Positions 26,626 to 39,132 of a stretch of 64,000 bases of DNA are shown piece by piece. The DNA comes from Eledone cirrhosa (taxonomy: Eukaryota): assembly GCA_964016885.1 (NCBI GenBank), contig OZ024745.1:52824001-52888000 (forward strand), given 5' to 3'. Positions within the stretch are counted from its first letter, which is position 1, and every line of letters begins with the position of its first letter. The position numbers and the translations under genes are program-made. Under the pieces are notes generated by a model, which worked only from the letters and a program-made list of their open reading frames with translations, searched no databases and had not been told where the DNA came from.

Positions 26626-27109
26626 AACACACTCGGAAATAATATGTATATATGTATACATATTTACATATATACATATTATTTCTCTATAACTATATAA
26701 TTCCTTGTATTGAAGTTGAGAAATGTCAGTATTCAGAAATATGACAAAGAGGATTGACACACTCTAATAGACTAATTTAATATAAAATATAGCGAAGGAA
26801 TTAAAAGATAATAAGTAGGGAAATAAACATCTGTAAAAGAAAAAAATCCAATATAAAAGAGTAATTCCATTATTGCTATCAATCCTATTAGAGACGAGAA
26901 AATATTGCTAATTAAATTCTCTTCTCCTAACAAATTTTAATTGCTAAAATATTGTCATGTGCTCTTATGACGTCTGTTGTTTTAGATGACTAGTGCAACA
27001 CGTGTGTATGTGTGTGCATGTGTGTATGTGTGTGTATCTGTGTGTATGTGTGCGTGAGTGTGTAAATACGTCTGTATGTATGCATGCACAGTCACTTAAA
27101 CACACACAT

Positions 27110-27175
<66 letters not shown>

Positions 27176-28368
27176 GCATGGGTGGATGTACATATGTGCG
27201 GGCGTGTGCGCCTCTGTTTATATGTATTTGTGTGTATATGACTATATGTATGTGAATATAATTTGCTGTGTGTTTCTATCTGTATTGTTATTAACCTAGG
27301 CATATCTTCAGAAAAGCTTCTGTTAATTGTTTTTTAACGTGTCTGCATCTACGTCCGTGAATGTCTCGTTTTCTATCAACTAAAAGCTAAATTAAAGTGG
27401 TTCATTCTACGAAATTAAGCAGGACAATGACAGAGTTTCTACGTAGTTGTCTGACATGCTAAAAATAGAAGTGAAATATGGTTGAAATCGCACACTGTCT
27501 TTGTAAAAAATAGCACGCAAGATAATATGATGATGGGTTACTTACATCTTGGAATCATGTTTTTGTCAGAATTGATATGCTCTTGACCTGCTCGATCATA
27601 TCAAACCTTGTGCTAAGCTACATATTATGTGAACAAACACACACACACATACACACACACACACACATAGAGACCCCACACACACACACACACACACACA
27701 CGCACGCACTAAATCAAACACAGAAACAAACATACACACATTTAAAAACCTTCACCTAGAAGTGATATATCAATAATAGGATTCACACGAGGCGGATTGA
27801 GCATTAGAATGAATAGAAACCAGGGAAATATATATTTTTGAAACTTAGTTACGTTATATTATGTTAGATTTGAACCGTCTATATTATAAATGAGACCTTT
27901 GGGAGGTATAGCACTGTGGTAGACGGTTATGTTCTATTAGCTATTATAATGAACTTCTCGCATACAAAGTGAGGCAGCTCAAAATGAGAGAATTCCAAAA
28001 TGCACATTCTTTATCCTTAGTTGAAAGGAAAGTCTAAGTTCAGCCCAAGACGTACTAGAATACATATATATATATATTAGAGAGAGAGAGATAGAGAGTG
28101 AGAGAGTGAGAGAAAGAGAGGGAGAGAGAAAGGGAAGTAATGACAAAGCTGACGAGAGTCGTATAGGAACTGAAATGAGTTATAGATAGCTACAGTAAAC
28201 GAATATAAGAGCCTGTTTAGAACGATGTTTTGTTAGTATGTTGCTATGAATTACTAGCTAAAAACGCCTGTCTTATATGCAAATAAACAACTCCATAGAA
28301 TTACTATTTGCAAACATGTTTATACCCAAGAAAGATAATTGTTGACCTGATACTGAGTAAATATCATC

Positions 28369-28542
28369 GAGGTTGAATGAAATAGCTTGATATACAAGTT
28401 GTTTTCTCACTTTTACTGGCGTAGTTGTGAAACGACCACAGCTTAAAATACAACGAATCATATGTATGCTTGATATATATAGACATATTGTATATGTTTA
28501 CATACCACCTCAATTCTAAGACCGTGTGAGTGCTGCTGCTAA

Positions 28543-28606
<64 letters not shown>

Positions 28607-28819
28607 CATGCACACACATATATATATATATATATATAGGAACGAGTAGGACCCCGACGGCTGAGCTCAAGCCGTTTCGACGGCTAATTCTGGACTAAGT
28701 CCAGAATTAGCCGTCAAAACGGCTTGAGCTCAGCCGTCGGGGTCCTACTCGTTCCTATTACCTACTCTACTACCCTAAGTATTGAGTATTTTGGTGCGTC
28801 ATGGTCCACATTTCCTTCG

Positions 28820-28884
<65 letters not shown>

Positions 28885-29059
28885 TTATCAGCAGCACTCA
28901 CATGGTCTTAGTATTGAGGTGGTATGTAAACATATACAATATGTTTATATATATCAAGCATACATATGATACGTTGTATATTAAGCTGTGGTCCTTTCAC
29001 AGCTACGCCAGTAAATGTGAGAAAACAACTTCCATCTCAAGCTATCTCATTCACCTTCA
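28369..29059. repeat. Diverged ~190-bp inverted duplication enclosing an HHR-derived palindrome
   Basis: 28369-28562 is the reverse complement of 28867-29059 with scattered mismatches (e.g. AAGTTGTTTTCTCAC vs GTGAGAAAACAACTT). Confidence 0.9.
28637..28822. mobile_element. Head-to-head inverted pair of hammerhead 3' halves with a one-sided tail
   Basis: Near-perfect ~120-bp palindrome TAGGAACGAGTAGGACCCCGACGGCTGAGCTCAAGCCGTTTCGACGGCTAATTCTGGACT-A-AGTCCAGAATTAGCCGTC...CTCGTTCCTA, plus a ~60-nt tail on the right. (TA)n on both sides. Homologous to 2162-2225. Confidence 0.85.
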
Positions 29060-29080
29060 TATATATATATATATGCATAT

Positions 29081-29125
<45 letters not shown>

Positions 29126-29203
29126 CTACAGTGTTTTAAGAATCAACGCATCAACGGTAAGGAAATCCGAAATCTCATCACAGCAAACGAGAGAGATGAC
29201 TTC

Positions 29204-32200
29204 ATGAGCGTCATCCGACGCGAAACGAAATATGCTCAAAACGAATGCTGTAGGCATTTCAAGAAGAAATTAGAATGGATGAATAAGAAAAAACTACAAG
29301 AAAGGAAAATCGAATATTCTCAAAAATACCCAGATAACATCGACAACATCCGTATGAGTGATGTAAAACTACCGGAAGAATTTACCAATGACCACACAGT
29401 AAATATCTATGGGAACACTTTAATCAGTGAACAAGAACAACAAATCCTAAAGTTACCACCAAAATTTGCCATCTACAAAAAGATTAATCCTATGGAATGC
29501 AAAACGGAGCTGGAAAAGTGTTTCACAAAAATACGTTGGAATGCAAAGGTAAACAACAACAACAATAATAACGGTAGTAGTAATATAAACAATAACTCTG
29601 GGTATAGAAATAACAGCCATAACCATAACAATGGCAGGAAAGTGAGAAATAGTGATAATGGTAATAATACTAGCGATAGACAGAACAACAACAACCACAA
29701 TAATAATAATAATAGAAACGTTAACCACAGACACAGCAACAGTGACCACAGTAGTAATAACGGTAACAATACGAACAACAACAACAACAATAACCACAGT
29801 GGTAATAATGGAAATAGTACATGTAGCAACATCAACAAAAACAAGAAACATAATAATAGTAACAACCACAATGGTAGAAATAGCAGTAACAACAACAACA
29901 ATAACGGTGAAGTAAACAACAATACATCTAGCAATCATAACAATAATAATATTAATGCTAAGGATAGAAACAACAACAACCACCATGATAACAATAATAG
30001 CAACACACACAACTATGACGATAGAAATAACGACAACCCCTTAGAGAAACTATTTTTCAACCCAGCTGACAAAACATATAAGATGGGTAATATCTATCCT
30101 ACGAGGTTACCCTTTAATAAAAGAGTTTGCATACCACAACAAATAGATGACGAGACGGAGGCACAGTTCACCATAGCTAGAAATAAGATTAGACAAGTAG
30201 TAGACAGGTACACTATGATACAGAGCAGACCAGAGGCCCAACAACTTGGGATAAAACCTGTAGAAGGCTTGGTTAGCCTCAAGCAGCGCACAAGGGATGG
30301 TGAGGTAGTGTGTCTACCCACAGATAAGTCTGGTAGGATGTCAATAGATAGCATGCCGAACTACATCGAGGCAATGCAACCCCACATCACCAACACGAGC
30401 GAAGTTGCACAACTAACACACGATGGGAGAGAAAAAATCCTCAACGCTCACATGATGATGTGGACTGACATCCTAAAGCCAAGCAGACGCACTGCCAACA
30501 ACTTCCAGGCGTCTAACAATGGCATACCACCCTTGTATGGGCTCCGCAAAGACCACAAGACAGTCGACGACCCGACAATAGGACCACCAACAAGACCTGT
30601 ATGCGGAGCTAATATAGCTAGCAACTACAGGATCTCCTACTTCCTCTCAATGGTTATACGCCCCATAATCAAGATGTCCCCAGATGTATGTGAAAGTACA
30701 GAGGACCTCCTCAGCAGAATCAGTGAGTGCAACAAAAACAGGAGCCTATCCAACTGCATAATAGGCAGCATGGATGTGGTGTCACTGTACCCATCCATTA
30801 ACATTGATTTTGCTGTGAAAAGATGTGTGGAGATGATCATTGAGAGTGAGGTGGAGTTCTGCGACGTCGACACAGACGAACTGGGCCTCCTACTTAGACT
30901 TACCTACGACACTGACTACCTAGACAGCCATGACCTTAGATGTTTCTGCCCTAGTAGACCTATAAGAGGTAGACCCCCCACCATAACCTCAATGGCTAAA
31001 AAGACTCCCATAGGAAGGTGGATTGGGTGGACCAAAGCTATACGGACCCCCCAAAACACTGATCAGGTAAGAAAAATGGTCGCACATGCAATAGGGGCTA
31101 GTATCAAAACTACCCTAAAGGGCCACATATTTAAGTTCAATGAGAAAATCTACACCCAAAATGAGGGAGCAGCCATCGGCGTCAGCATAGCTGGCGATGT
31201 TGCCAACCTTTTCATGGTATGGTGGGAAAGGAGACTTAAAGATCTCCTTAATGAAAGCTCCATAGACCTCATCATGTACTCTCGTTATGTAGACGATATC
31301 AATATAGTTATAAGAACACCCCCACTAGAGAGCACTAACAAGTTTGATTTAGAACGTAGCACGATGGAAAGCATCCAGCAGATAGCTAATTCCATACACC
31401 AGAGTATAACTGTAACTATAGACTTCCCTTCCAAACACCCTAACAATAGACTACCTGTATTAGACACAGAACTCTGGATTAACACTATAGACGAGAGAGC
31501 CCAAATTCTCCACTCACACTATGCTAAACCCATGGCCTCCAAATACCTGATACTCAAAAACTCAGCAATGTCCAGTAGTGCTAAGTTTAATATTCTGATC
31601 GCAGATTTGGTACGAGTGATGAAGAATGTGTCCAGCATGTGCGACCCAACAGAAATGGAAGGACACATCCAACACTTCATCAACCGCATGCAGTTCTCTG
31701 GCTACAACCAAAGAGACAGAGTCAGAGTATACGAAGGAGCCATGGAAAAGTATAAGACCCTCATAGAACTGGACATGAAAGGAATTTGCCCACTATACAG
31801 GAGCAAATCATGGAATAGCTTAGATAGGGCTAGACATAAGATAGGGAAGGCCACATCATGGTACGACAACCAGAGATATCAGAGTGTCATGTTTGTGGAC
31901 GCCACCCCTGGAGGGAAATTAGCTAACCAGTGTAGAAAGGCCCTGAGAAAGACCCACTTAAAAATAAAGGTGGTAGAAAAGCCAGGAACCACCATAAAAT
32001 CCCTGATCAGCAAAACCTACCCTTTTAAGAAAACCCACTGTACCAATAGGAAATGTATCATATGTAAGGTGAACCCCCGGATAAACTGTAAAACTAGAAA
32101 CGTAGTCTATAGCATAAGATGTACAGAGGGTACTTGCAGAAACACGACAACAACATACATAGGTGAGACAGCTCGTAGCATAGGTGAAAGGATAGACCAA

Positions 32201-32443
32201 CACTGGGGGGAACTAAAAGGACGAAAAAACGGGTCAGTACTATACGAACATGCTAGACAACATCATGACGGTAACATAGACAACATAGAAATTAGAATAA
32301 TATCTAAACATAGGAATGACCCAGCAGATAGGCAAATCAGAGAGGCCAGTGAAATAGAAATTAGAAGACCAAAGCTAAACAGAAAGAATGAGTGGAACAA
32401 CAACAACACCCAAACAAACAACACTGACCTAAGAGAAGTATAA
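29204..32443 (+). CDS. PLE reverse transcriptase with C-terminal GIY-YIG endonuclease (1079 aa) and Asn-rich insert
   Basis: PTDKSGR, LYGLRKDHK, PTRPVC, SMDVVSLYPSI, YTQNEGAAIG, YSRYVDDI, LPVLD, Cys-rich linker CTNRKCIIC..C, and VVYSIRC...C...YIGETAR...R...H. Confidence 0.95.
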   Translation: MSVIRRETKYAQNECCRHFKKKLEWMNKKKLQERKIEYSQKYPDNIDNIRMSDVKLPEEFTNDHTVNIYGNTLISEQEQQILKLPPKFAIYKKINPMECKTELEKCFTKIRWNAKVNNNNNNNGSSNINNNSGYRNNSHNHNNGRKVRNSDNGNNTSDRQNNNNHNNNNNRNVNHRHSNSDHSSNNGNNTNNNNNNNHSGNNGNSTCSNINKNKKHNNSNNHNGRNSSNNNNNNGEVNNNTSSNHNNNNINAKDRNNNNHHDNNNSNTHNYDDRNNDNPLEKLFFNPADKTYKMGNIYPTRLPFNKRVCIPQQIDDETEAQFTIARNKIRQVVDRYTMIQSRPEAQQLGIKPVEGLVSLKQRTRDGEVVCLPTDKSGRMSIDSMPNYIEAMQPHITNTSEVAQLTHDGREKILNAHMMMWTDILKPSRRTANNFQASNNGIPPLYGLRKDHKTVDDPTIGPPTRPVCGANIASNYRISYFLSMVIRPIIKMSPDVCESTEDLLSRISECNKNRSLSNCIIGSMDVVSLYPSINIDFAVKRCVEMIIESEVEFCDVDTDELGLLLRLTYDTDYLDSHDLRCFCPSRPIRGRPPTITSMAKKTPIGRWIGWTKAIRTPQNTDQVRKMVAHAIGASIKTTLKGHIFKFNEKIYTQNEGAAIGVSIAGDVANLFMVWWERRLKDLLNESSIDLIMYSRYVDDINIVIRTPPLESTNKFDLERSTMESIQQIANSIHQSITVTIDFPSKHPNNRLPVLDTELWINTIDERAQILHSHYAKPMASKYLILKNSAMSSSAKFNILIADLVRVMKNVSSMCDPTEMEGHIQHFINRMQFSGYNQRDRVRVYEGAMEKYKTLIELDMKGICPLYRSKSWNSLDRARHKIGKATSWYDNQRYQSVMFVDATPGGKLANQCRKALRKTHLKIKVVEKPGTTIKSLISKTYPFKKTHCTNRKCIICKVNPRINCKTRNVVYSIRCTEGTCRNTTTTYIGETARSIGERIDQHWGELKGRKNGSVLYEHARQHHDGNIDNIEIRIISKHRNDPADRQIREASEIEIRRPKLNRKNEWNNNNTQTNNTDLREV

Positions 32444-32711
32444 ATAAATAAGTAAATTAAATTAAATAAAATAAGATAAATAAATACATACACAAGCACA
32501 TAAACACACACTAGTCACCCAGCAGACACAACACTATACACACTAGTCACACATCACACATAACACTATACACACACGCAAACGCATGCGCAAAGAAGAC
32601 AAAATAAAATAAGATAAACAAACAAGCAAATAAATAAATAAATATATAGACAGACTGAACAAAAAAATGGCGTAGACATACAACACAACAGGAGGAACAA
32701 TGAATATAAGA

Positions 32712-32751
32712 CCACTGACGATGTTGCAGATGTGCAACGAAAGATTTATGT
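32712..32751 (+). ncRNA. Minimal hammerhead in the PLE 3' pLTR
   Basis: CTGACGA (32715-32721), T, GTTGCA-GATG-TGCAAC, GAAA, GATTTA^TGT. Stem I is imperfect in this copy; the consensus with the 58.2-kb copy is ACA/TGT. Confidence 0.75.
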
Positions 32752-32955
32752 AAACTATATATATATGTGTTTGTCTATATTGTATCTGTATTATTTTTGA
32801 CCGCCGGTCAGTCAATGGCAACATTGAGGACCGAGTAAGTTAGATCGCAGATATATATATATAAAAGACAGCGAGAAGCGAAAACCAACCAAACAGTGAG
32901 TGTGTTCTGTTATTAATTCTGGCAATATTACGCAAATATGACCCTCCCCAAATAT

Positions 32956-32999
<44 letters not shown>

Positions 33000-33113
33000 G
33001 TTTGAATATGTGTAATAAAGCCAAAACAATGCAGTTATGGACATAGAAAAAGGAATGCAATAGTGAAAGATATTGATGAGAATTCGTCTATCACCTTGAA
33101 TTTATTTAAATGT

Positions 33114-33148
33114 CCTTAACTTTCGAGATAATATCTCTTCTTCGGAGG
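33114..33148 (-). ncRNA. Minimal hammerhead-like motif, U4C variant (left arm)
   Basis: CCT-CCGAAGA-A-GAGAT-ATT-ATCTC-GAAA-GTTA^AGG. Confidence 0.6.
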
Positions 33149-33556
33149 GAAGTAAAGGTCTCAAACCAGCGTCTTTAAATCTCTAGCCAAGCCATGCTGA
33201 CCGGAAATAGTATAGAGTATCTGTTCTAACTCTAATATCAAAGAATTAAAATTAGGTGGATAAAGAGTAGTCTCCCTTTAAGAGGGGTTTGTTTAGGGTT
33301 TTTTTTATTTTTTTTTTTATTTCATATACGTGCCTGTATATGTGTGTGGGAGAATGCATGAAGGTGTAGGTATGTGGGTGTGTGTGTGTGAGTGTTGAAA
33401 GATAGGTCTAATCGTAAAAGTGGGGGGTAGGTGTTATCTGGTGTTAGAACTGGTTTTGTGTGTGTATATGTGTGAGAGAGAAAAAGTGGAGGTGTAAGCG
33501 TGTGTGTGTGCGCGTGCGTGTGTGTGGGGTGTGTAAAAATGGGGCTAGAGGCCCTA

Positions 33557-34335
33557 TCAGGTTATAAATTGGGTGTTGAGCTCTAGTCTATTATTGATTG
33601 GTGGAAGTGTTCTATCTATAATAAGTGCTTCCTTAATTCTAAGATTGCCGAGGTTTCTTTCCTTAGTTTCTATCCTAACTGTTATGTTTTTATCGGTGTT
33701 TTTGCATTTAACTAGGTGTTTCTTAAATGAGGAAGCGTTAGTATTGAGGTGTTCTTTTATTCTTATGTGGAGTGGTCTGGTGGTGCTCCCTACGTAGAAG
33801 TTGTTGCATTTGTCACACTCTAATCTGTATACTACGTAAGCCTGGTGGCATAGGTCTGTGTCGTTGATGGGGCAGTTGGCTAGTCTGCAGCAGTTGTCAT
33901 GTCTGGTGGAGTGTCTCTTGGCCAGCCGTCCGCGCAGAGAAGGACCCGAGTGGGCCAGTTGGATATCCAGTCCCTCTCGTCTGATGGCTCTGCGGATGGC
34001 TGTTGTTGTTTCTTCACTGAAGTGTGGGAGCTTCAGGAAGCAAGTGTTAGTGCCTCGGGTGTGGTGTCCTCTGTTCTTTCTGGCACGGTTTGTGGTGGAT
34101 GTCGTGTATCCGTTCAGTTTGAGTACTTCCAGGAAATGTGTGGTGTGTGTGTCTCGGTCTCTGGCGTCGGTGCATTTGTTCTTGATACGTGCCAGTTCGT
34201 TCTTTATGTATCCGAACTTGGGAGGGCCGATCTGAAATGTACGAACAGGTCCCTGCTGGCGGATTTTTTATAGAAGCAGGTGTGGATGTTGCCTTCCTCT
34301 GTTACCCTGAGTTGGAAGTCCAGTAGGGATAGGGA
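33557..34335 (-). pseudogene. PLE RT thumb + GIY-YIG C-terminal fragment
   Basis: Manual translation: LDFQLRVTEEGNIHTCFYKKSASRDLFVHFRSALP (frameshift) ...FLEVLKLNGY...LKLPHFSE...CRLANCPINDTDLCHQAYVVYRLECDKCNNFYVGSTTRPLHIRIKEH...IKEALII...INNRLE. Confidence 0.9.
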
Positions 34336-34873
34336 TCCGGATTAGGATAGAAACTAAGGAAAGAAACCTCGGCAATCTTAGAATTAAGGAAGCACTTATT
34401 ATAGAGAGAACACATCCACCAATCAATAATAGACTAGAGCTCAACACCCAATTTATAACCTGATAGGGCCTCTAGCCCCATTTTTACACGCCCCACACAC
34501 ACGCACGCGCACACACACACGCTTACACCTCCACTTTTTCTCTCTCACACATACACACACAAAACCAGTTCTAACACCAGATAACACCTACCCCCCACTT
34601 TTACGATTAGACCTATCTTTCAACACTCACACACACACACCCACATACCTACACCTTCATGCATTCTCCCACACACATATACAGGCACGTATATAAAATT
34701 TAAAAAAAAAAAAAAAAAAAAACCCCTAAACAAACCCCTCTTAAAGGGAGACTACTCTTTATCCACCTAATTTTAATTCTTTGATATTAGAGTTAGAACA
34801 GATACTCTATACTATTTCCGGTCAGCATGGCTTGGCTAGAGATTTAAAGACGCTGGTTTGAGACCTTTACTTC

Positions 34874-34908
34874 CCTCCGAAGAAGAGATATTATCTCGAA
34901 AATTAAGG
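34874..34908 (+). ncRNA. Minimal hammerhead-like motif, U4C variant (right arm)
   Basis: CCT-CCGAAGA-A-GAGAT-ATT-ATCTC-GAAA-ATTA^AGG. Confidence 0.6.
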
Positions 34909-35067
34909 ACATTTAAATAAATTCAAGGTGATAGACGAATTCTCATCAATATCTTTCACTATTGCATTCCTTTTTCTATGTCCATAACTGCATTGTTTTG
35001 GCCTTATTACACATATTCAAACGTTTATACCTCATTACACAATGCTTCAAGTGAACTATAACCTCCT

Positions 35068-35202
<135 letters not shown>

Positions 35203-35748
35203 TTGAAAATTGCGAACTTAACTGTCACCACTGAATATGAACCTGAAGATTACGAAAGTATGAAAGTACTTGTTCAATTAACATTTAACATTTACTATTC
35301 TACCATACTATTTCATTATAATATCATTATAATTTTAAAGGATTGTAAATAAAACGAGTATATCAGACAAAGTTGGAATTCCTTTTATTAATATAATCTT
35401 TATACATACACAATCATACACACCCGTGTATATTTATATATATATATATATATATGCACATATGCACACATGGTCATACACACAGACACACTCACATATA
35501 TATATATAATAAGGAGTTGACGGAACCAGCATAGTTATCAATGCCAGGACCGGTTGTATCTCAGCGTACTCAATAGTTAGTTAATGTAGGTTACATTCCC
35601 AGAGTATACACATAGTTATTCGCTTCAATACAACACACGTAAAACAAGTGCCTATAATAGTAATACAATTAGTATAATTAACAAAGAGAAGACAACGAAT
35701 AAAAACAAAACAAAACAATAAACATTCAAGGGCAACCTTAACAAATCC

Positions 35749-35780
<32 letters not shown>

Positions 35781-36394
35781 TGGGAGTGGTAGAAAACAAG
35801 ATGGATGAGAGATAGACGGAGAGAGAGTGAGAGTGATTGAGAGAGTGTGTGAGAAGGTAGAATTGTTGATAAATATATTAATTAGATCAGGTTTTGTTGT
35901 AAATGATTTAGGAGGTTTAGAAAATAGTGCGTGTTTAGTATGCCCATTGTAATAATACATAATCTGATGTCAGGAAATGAGGAATTAAAATATCTAGTAC
36001 TTGATTCAATTCAGATTTAATGTGTATGCCTTTGAGATATTCGCATTTAATATGATTTATGAATTAAAAATGAGCAGGTGGACATTTTCTGATAAACTTG
36101 CAGTATACCTCATACACATTTGTACAAAATCAAAGCAAACTAATACATCGCAATGCATCATATATATATATATATATATCTATATATATATATATATAAA
36201 TATATATACATATTTATTTATTTATTTATATATTTATATTTATATATTTATATATATATATTTAAATATATATATACATATATATATATGTGTGTGTGTA
36301 TGTGTATATATATATTTATATGTATCGGTATGTTGATCAAAGATTATCTTCCTAAGTATGAATATATATATATATATATATATATATAATAAGA

Positions 36395-36560
36395 AAATGC
36401 GAAGGATGTGGTGCATATTTCAGTGACGACAGTGGCCACGCAATTCCCCGTACTTACTGCTATAATGTAATCTGACAGGTTACGTTCTCGAGGCAATCCA
36501 AGTTAAAACGACAAGGGAACGGAGAAAGATGTTCTTGAAGCCTTCACCCGTTCCCAATAC
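36395..36560 (-). repeat. Diverged copy of the 39.9-40.3-kb HHR element
   Basis: The minus strand shares the GGGAACGG..GAAG...CCGTTCCC hairpin, TTGGATTGCCTCG and GTGGCCACT.TCG.CA.TGAAATAT with 40002-40165; the HHR core is lost. (TA)n-flanked. Confidence 0.7.
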
Positions 36561-39088
36561 ATATATGTATATGATTTTTCTATGCATATATGCGTCAGCA
36601 AGAAAAGACTTTTCATATTTAAGTTCAAACAGAAAATCATATCATTTCATACATGATTATGAAGTAGTTAATCACGCCAAAGATACGTCCTGTTACATGG
36701 GTTGTATTTTGTTGGTATAAGAGACAATCGTACAATCAGCTGTAAGATTTGTTCTTGCAAACATATAAGCGACAAAACAATCATACTTGTAGGACAGAAT
36801 TTTCAACATTGTATATAGCAACATGTGAAATAATGATATATCCAACAGAAGTCAAAATGGCACTTAAAAAAATACTCACGAAAGTGATTACGTACAAAAG
36901 TAATTTAGAATATCAGAACTATTTCTGAAAATCTACCATTACTTTTTTTTTTGTTTTTAGTGTAATCTATTTATTTCTTTTAGTTTGAATCAATTTATTT
37001 GACTTGGTGAATTTGCCGATATATATGAAAAATATGTTGTACATCTCCCTACATATATATACATATATACATATTATACTAATTAGTGTATTTATTTTGC
37101 ACGTGTACATATATCTGAAATGGACAACGGGGAGTAAACTGGTTTGTATTAGCGTTCAATATTGCGGAATAGTTAGAATTCTATGAATTGAATATCTTCT
37201 CGTAAATTATCTACGGGTTATTTTTCGTTGTTTCGTTTGGCAAATTCAGACGTTAAGTACTTTTGAGAATTAATGAAACTGAGGTTTGCTTGTCCACAAG
37301 ATTCGAAAGATATACAGCACCTGTTACCAGTGCATTACTACCATGTTTAAATGGCACGTCTTAACATGTACGGTGCGTAAATCAATACTAGTTGTTCTAC
37401 TAACGTTGTCTCTATGTTGCAAAAGTGTGCTCAGAATAATATAATTAACAGATAATTTGCCAACAACAGTATATTTATTTTTTAAGTATTGTAGAACCGT
37501 TTCGCAACTTGCCAATCATTCTTAAGTGATCAGCTAGTCCTCTTCATTGAATTTTCTCAATTTCTACTAGCGTTACGTGTGATATATATTTGAGAATTCT
37601 TTAACTACATTGAACCCCTTTGCAATTGTTTAATAACATTTAATTGCACACAAGTATATATACAAATTATGCATACGTTGCAGAAACCACCTTGCATTGA
37701 TCAGGTGTGAAACATAACGTCGCAAAGCAAGTATTTCGTAACTAAAAGGAAGACGAAATATAAAGAAAGGGGCCCATGATAACATAGTTCTTCGTTTGTG
37801 ATTAGTATTTCATAAAGTTCTATAGACAATAGGCAAATTATGTGGCAATCTATTAATCTATTAATCCCATAAAATGGACTACTGCAGCATTCATACAAGA
37901 AGTAACCAAGGTATTCCCGAATATATTATGCAAAAATATATTGGTACATACCATATACAATATAATGGATACACTAAAAACATAATGCGTAACATATTCC
38001 ATAAATATATGGCCTAATCGATATTTCAAATTGCATCATTGACGATTACAAACACATCTGTCTGTTTCGTTCAACATGTATGTTATGGATCTTTGTTAAG
38101 TTACGTTTGCATAGACACAGGTTTCAAAATTTGTTCTGGTGTAACATTCAATTATCAAAGAGCATCAACATTCCCCATTGTATACTTGCATATACTTCTG
38201 TTAGTATAGTAAAACTGTCATATCTCATTTCCCAGGTGCTTGATAAAACATCAAATCCTACCATGTTGTTGTCTTCTCTTTTAAGCACTTTTCTTGTCTA
38301 TGCGTCATTGCTTGTCTATATATCATTTAATCGATTTGTATGCAGGATGACATATGACTCTAAAAGCCCATCGGAATTCATTTTCTCCCTTTTTTCTTTA
38401 GACAGAAATTGCAAATTATGTTTAGATCACCCATATGATGTCAAGTTTATGTAAGTTTTCGATACTAGCGTCTACTGATGCAGATTTATTAACGAAAGTT
38501 TGTTTTGTCATGACTCCTACCATCATTTCACAAATATTATCACAGCCTTTTTGGGTTAGTGTTGGGAAAATAATCGAAACATTCTGTATAAATGGATATG
38601 TAAGACTAAAACAGCTTTAGCTTCATAGTTAGATTGTCTAACGAGTATTTACTATAGTTCCGTGCTTCAGCATTCCAGATTGGAGTGGCAAATACGCCTT
38701 AGAAATTCGACCTTAATATTCAGTTAAGTGTCTATACGTACAATATCATATCGTGTACTAATGTTCAACTATTGAGCTAGTAAATCTCTATACAATTGTG
38801 CAGCTTAACGCCAGCTTTTGTAAATATTTCAGACTAGCATATGTTTTGATATAGATTTGTTTAATGATATTCCTTCCTGACTCATTATAGTTGAAATGTT
38901 ATTTTTCATATCGGAACTTAGTCTAACATTATTTAAGTTTACATTCGAAAGTAGGTGCTATTACGCAGCTTATAATTCAGAAAGAAACTTGTGCTTAATA
39001 TTGCGTTATTGCAATATTCTTGTACATAGGTACATATATATTTAAGTGCGTATATTAAATAAACGAATTTTTTCATATAAGTTGTGTT

Positions 39089-39132
<44 letters not shown>

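Larger units (their letters stand above)
29123..32960 (+). mobile_element. Penelope-like retroelement, 5'-truncated, inserted in (TA)n
   Basis: Long RT+GIY-YIG ORF and a 3' pLTR containing an HHR. The frame stays open upstream of the first ATG (KLQCFKNQRINGKEIRNLITANERDDF) back to the TA tract. Second copy at 58025-59368. Confidence 0.95.

Noticed and set aside
29453-30010. Hydrophobic antisense ORFs (poly-V/L/I)
   Set aside because: Reverse-strand shadow of the AAC/AAT-rich insert.
36600-39050. Long unique-looking region, possibly an ancient DNA transposon
   Set aside because: All frames are interrupted; no TIRs or catalytic motifs identified.
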